Positions 60,091-64,000 of a stretch of DNA of 64,000 nucleotides are shown here, in pieces (positions within the stretch are counted from its first letter, which is position 1; the number at the start of each line of letters is the position of its first letter). A model generated the notes under the pieces. It ran no database searches and was not told where the DNA came from. It worked only from the letters and a program-made list of their open reading frames with translations. The stretch is taken from positions 62,001-126,000 of IMG/VR virus record IMGVR_UViG_3300050120_000152; one strand, written 5' to 3'. The position numbers and the translations under genes are program-made.

Positions 60091-61077
60091 ATGGAAAAGT
60101 TTACATCAATTGAATCCCTCAAGCATATTGTCGCCAATGTGCGCAAGCATTACAACAAGATCGCTAAACCGTTCCCTACCCTCAATTTTACGGGTACGGT
60201 GAAGCTTCATGGCACAAACGCATCAGTAATGCGCAAACATTCTGGCAAACTTCAACCACAATCGCGTGAACGCATTCTTGATGTTACATCTGACAATTAT
60301 GGCTTTGCCATGTTTATTGAATCCAACAAGGAAGCCGTTAATAATCTCTTCAGTGCCTTCCCCAATGATATTGATGTTACGCTCTATGGTGAGTGGTGTG
60401 GTGGTAATATCCAGCCTGCTGTAGCTCTTACACAGGTTCCAAAGCATTGGGTATTATTTGCTGTTAAGTATGGTGTCGGTGAAGATGCCAAATATATGAA
60501 ATTATCAAATGTTGTGCATAATAATGCATATGGTATTTACAATATTGCACAGATTCCATCGTACCATGTAGAAATTAATTTTCTTTCGCCTGAACCAGCA
60601 TCAGAAATTCTTGCTGATTTGACTCTTAAGGTTGAGCAAGAATGTCCATGGGCTACACTCATGTTCAATGTTTCCGGGATTGGTGAAGGTCTTTGCTGGG
60701 TCTGCGATGAACATCCTGAAATTAGTGATCTATGGTTTAAGACCAAGGGCATGCTTCACAAGGGCAATGATAAAACCAAAGTACCGAAAATTAAGATTGA
60801 TGACCAGAAACTTGCTTCTATTATGGAAGTAGTGAAGGAAGTCTTGCCACAATGGCGTCTTGAACAGGGTATTTCGCATCTTCGTGATGAAGGTATCCCA
60901 TTGCTTCCACAGGGTACGAGTGATTATTTGAAATGGATTGCCAAAGATATTCTCAAGGAAGAAGTTGACACTATTGCAGCCAGTGGTTTTGACTGGAAGG
61001 GTATCAATGGTTCTGTCATGCAAACTGCACGTCAGTATTTCTTGACAGCTATTCAGCAGAATTTTGAGGAAGTATAA
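60091..61077 (+). CDS. RNA ligase (Rnl2-like)
   Basis: KLHGTNA, QSR, DNYGFA, LYGEWCG, GEGLCW, FKTKG. Confidence 0.85.
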   Translation: MEKFTSIESLKHIVANVRKHYNKIAKPFPTLNFTGTVKLHGTNASVMRKHSGKLQPQSRERILDVTSDNYGFAMFIESNKEAVNNLFSAFPNDIDVTLYGEWCGGNIQPAVALTQVPKHWVLFAVKYGVGEDAKYMKLSNVVHNNAYGIYNIAQIPSYHVEINFLSPEPASEILADLTLKVEQECPWATLMFNVSGIGEGLCWVCDEHPEISDLWFKTKGMLHKGNDKTKVPKIKIDDQKLASIMEVVKEVLPQWRLEQGISHLRDEGIPLLPQGTSDYLKWIAKDILKEEVDTIAASGFDWKGINGSVMQTARQYFLTAIQQNFEEV

Positions 61078-63572
61078 TTATCATGGATAAACTCTTACAT
61101 ACTGAAACTTTCAATTTGGCCCCCCATGAAAATGGGGGAGAAAGTTTGTTACTTCATATTGAATATTTTGATAATGGTGATCATAATTATCACGGCATTT
61201 ACATGAATCAAACGCTTTCACTGCAATCTTACGGTAATAGCGCATCATTTAATTTATGTGGAGCCGCTTTATCACCAGAAATTTTACGTAAATTAGCTGA
61301 TACTATTGAACGTGGACATGCGCTATCTGCATTAAACTTTTTTGAAAAGGTGGAGAAATAATCATGGGTTTTCATAGAACTAACAGCATTGGCTATTTTG
61401 TAATTGTTAAGCCAACTACAACAGTGGTTGAGCGTATCACGTACAAATGTCCTCAATGCTCAAGAAAGTCTTCTCTCCTAGAGACTGACAAATTTTGCTC
61501 TTATCATGGTGTAGAGATTATCAAAACTGTAAAGCATGACACCATAAAATTAGATGATCCTTGTCAGATGGTTCAGGATAACGAAGCATTATATGAAAAA
61601 TATGATGAAGATTTTCTATGGTCGCCTGAATATGGCCCTGAAGGCATTGGTATTTTTAATATAAATGTGACAGAGAAGTCACGTCATTTTGACGAAGATA
61701 ATTATTGCACCATTACATCAGATAATCTTGTACCACCAGAAATGTTACCTGATGCTGAAGTTAGAATCAATCAGTTTCTTAATGATTTCCGCAATGTTTA
61801 TGGTGAAGATTCTATTGAATTAAAATATGGGTTTTATAATTATGATAGTTAAGGTGTTTTCATGAGTGTAGAAATTCCCTATTTTGTTAATGATTTTTTC
61901 AAAGAGCAGATCAGAGAAAAGGGTGTGCTTATTGTTGAAGTTGATGTATTTGACCAAAATGATGAAACTAAATTTCTTTATCGACATGGGTTAACTTTTG
62001 GCATTGATATGCATTTTCATGGTGCCAATTCTTATACATTAAGTATCAATGAATATCTCAAACGATTACTCACTTACACGATTAAGCCTATTAAGATTTA
62101 TGTAAATAAAGTGGCTTTAAACACTATTGAACCTAAAGCGTTACCACCAGTCATCACACCTATTGAAATTGATTTGACCAATGTGGTAGAATCAGATGAT
62201 GATACACCACCATCAACAACCGAAGGATAATTATGAATATTGCAGGAAAGATCGCTGGGATTGTTACATATATTTTACTATTACTTACTGTCATCTATGT
62301 TGATTTGACCGCTAATGTAGACCTTTTTGGTCATCTTGTATTTGCCCTCGCTATCGCATTCATTGTGGTTTGTGGTTTGGGCGTTTATAAAGGTGGCGAT
62401 GCATCATCTGACCCAGAATAGATCAAACAGGTCAAATAATTATGTTATTATGTAGTAACAAACCACTTAACAAATTAGTGAACAATTTTTTCAATGATAT
62501 TGCAAATATTCTTCATCATGTACGAGATAGGGTATCTGATAATAAAGTGTTGAAAGAAGTTGTCTCTCTAAGAGAAACTGTAGTTGCTACTCAATTAAAA
62601 TTTGATCCTGATGAAGATTATTCAGAACTTATTGAAATTATAAAATTTTTGGATATTCTTGAATATGTGGTGTTATATACCAAAGAAACGTGGGAATCTT
62701 GATATGTCATATTGTCGATGTGGTACTAATAGTGATATGTATGCTTATTGTAGTGGTGATACATATGAATTAATTTTTGCTGGTGCAAAGTTAAAAGAAG
62801 GCTCACGTAGACGTTGGAAATATCTAAGTGATATGATGGCTAATAATAATGGTAATCCTCTTAAACAAAGCTCATTATGGGCCGAAATGAAAGAATTGTG
62901 GGAACCTATCCCACTCAAATTAGATAAAGCGTCTTATATATTTGATACTCCACGAGAACTTTACAACAAAATGTTGGAAGGTCAAACGGCAGGTTACAAA
63001 GTGCCAAAATATGTTCTAAATCACGTTTTGGCTGATGCCAAATCTTATGAAAAAACAATTAAAGGAAAAATATGACTGTCGAACATTTTATTCAAGCTAT
63101 TATCGCTATTTCAAGTAGTTATAATTTTTGGCCTTATTGGGTTCCTATCATTATTTGTCTTGTTGGTTATATCTTCAAGACCGTTAAAGAATATAACGAA
63201 GATGTGAAGAATCGTGCTGATTATCTCAGTCAACCAGATTCTGCGCAAATTCAAAGGCGATATATACCAGAATTAGTAGTGGGTCATTTAGTTGGCCGAC
63301 TATTGGTATCATTCATTCCAGTCGTAAATTTTTGTATTGCCTTATTCGTATTTCTTCCAACGCTTGCTCGTGATATCATTGACGTTTGCAGTAATTGGTT
63401 AGATATTCCGCTTGTACCAAAGAAAGAGAAAGCTACTGCAGTAGAAATAAACTCATACTAAGATTCATATAAGATATATTGTAAATAATCATTTGCCTGT
63501 CACGGTTAATAGACAAGATGAACACACTAGTAATGGTATAATACTCCCATCATAACAACAGGAGAATCCATT

Positions 63573-63923
63573 ATGATTACTAATAAAAATAATAAGAACA
63601 AAAGTATATTATTAGGTTTGATGCTCGTTACACTTGCTACTTCAGCACTTGCCGAAGATATGATAGTACACACAACTATCCCTACAGGGAAAGAATTAGT
63701 AGGTATGTCGGCCAGTGATAGCCGAACCTATATCAACGGTATTCTTGTCAGTGATTTGCATAAGAATAAAAGTTGGACATGTTCAGAAGGGAAAAATTGG
63801 ACGATTGATGCTAGAGATGATTTGATATTGAAGAAACTCAATGATAACGCTACCGAGCAAATGAAACCTGCACCCGAAGCTATCTGGGATGTTTACAAGG
63901 ATGCATGTTCGACTCCTATGTGA
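63573..63923 (+). CDS. Secreted hypothetical protein
   Basis: Signal peptide ending ALA; GGAG RBS; terminator follows. Confidence 0.65.
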   Translation: MITNKNNKNKSILLGLMLVTLATSALAEDMIVHTTIPTGKELVGMSASDSRTYINGILVSDLHKNKSWTCSEGKNWTIDARDDLILKKLNDNATEQMKPAPEAIWDVYKDACSTPM

Positions 63924-64000
63924 TATCATAGACAAGATCGAGCGCAAAACAAGCCCCTTTCGGGGCTTGTTTTTATTGTCAAAACTCTTGAATTAGAGTG

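Noticed and set aside
289-61456. Numerous antisense or nested ORFs in the six-frame track (e.g. 289..891, 31691..32077, 45382..45957, 50455..50892)
   Set aside because: They fully overlap well-supported genes and have no motifs or RBS
1-64000. Stop-codon reassignment as in some jumbo phages
   Set aside because: Recognisable genes are full length in code 11, TAA, TGA and TAG all end genes, and no suppressor anticodon was seen

Overview
AT-rich, gene-dense segment of a large lytic dsDNA (jumbo, T4-like) bacteriophage. Evidence: rIIA/rIIB, a gp61-like primase, NAD-dependent DNA ligase, GroES, PhoH, HNH endonucleases, sigma70-type early promoters and repeated T4-type late promoters (TATAAATA). 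Most of the window is accessory genes. These include an extended NAD+ cluster (NAMPT, PRTase-like, NadE, 2OG-Fe(II) oxygenase, HxGH nucleotidyltransferase), an Acb1-like anti-CBASS nuclease, many nucleotide-sanitising enzymes, a PlcP/Agt-like membrane-lipid remodelling pair, and a large tRNA/translation toolkit (CCA enzyme, TilS, deaminase, RNA ligases, kinase, 2H phosphodiesterase, YqeY, (p)ppGpp hydrolase). The most striking signals are non-coding and absent from the ORF track: (i) a circularly permuted two-piece tmRNA next to a ClpP-like protease; (ii) a ~255-nt RNA that reproduces the uL11-binding GTPase centre (H43-H44) of 23S rRNA around a ~200-nt insertion; (iii) a tRNA whose anticodon loop carries a 73-nt three-hairpin insert; (iv) an unassigned ~115-nt kissing-loop RNA; (v) several atypical tRNAs (Leu-AAG, a D-armless Arg-TCT, a long-arm CAT tRNA) and a pseudoknotted ribozyme-like spacer. 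All calls come from motif recognition and manual base pairing; no database searches were run.
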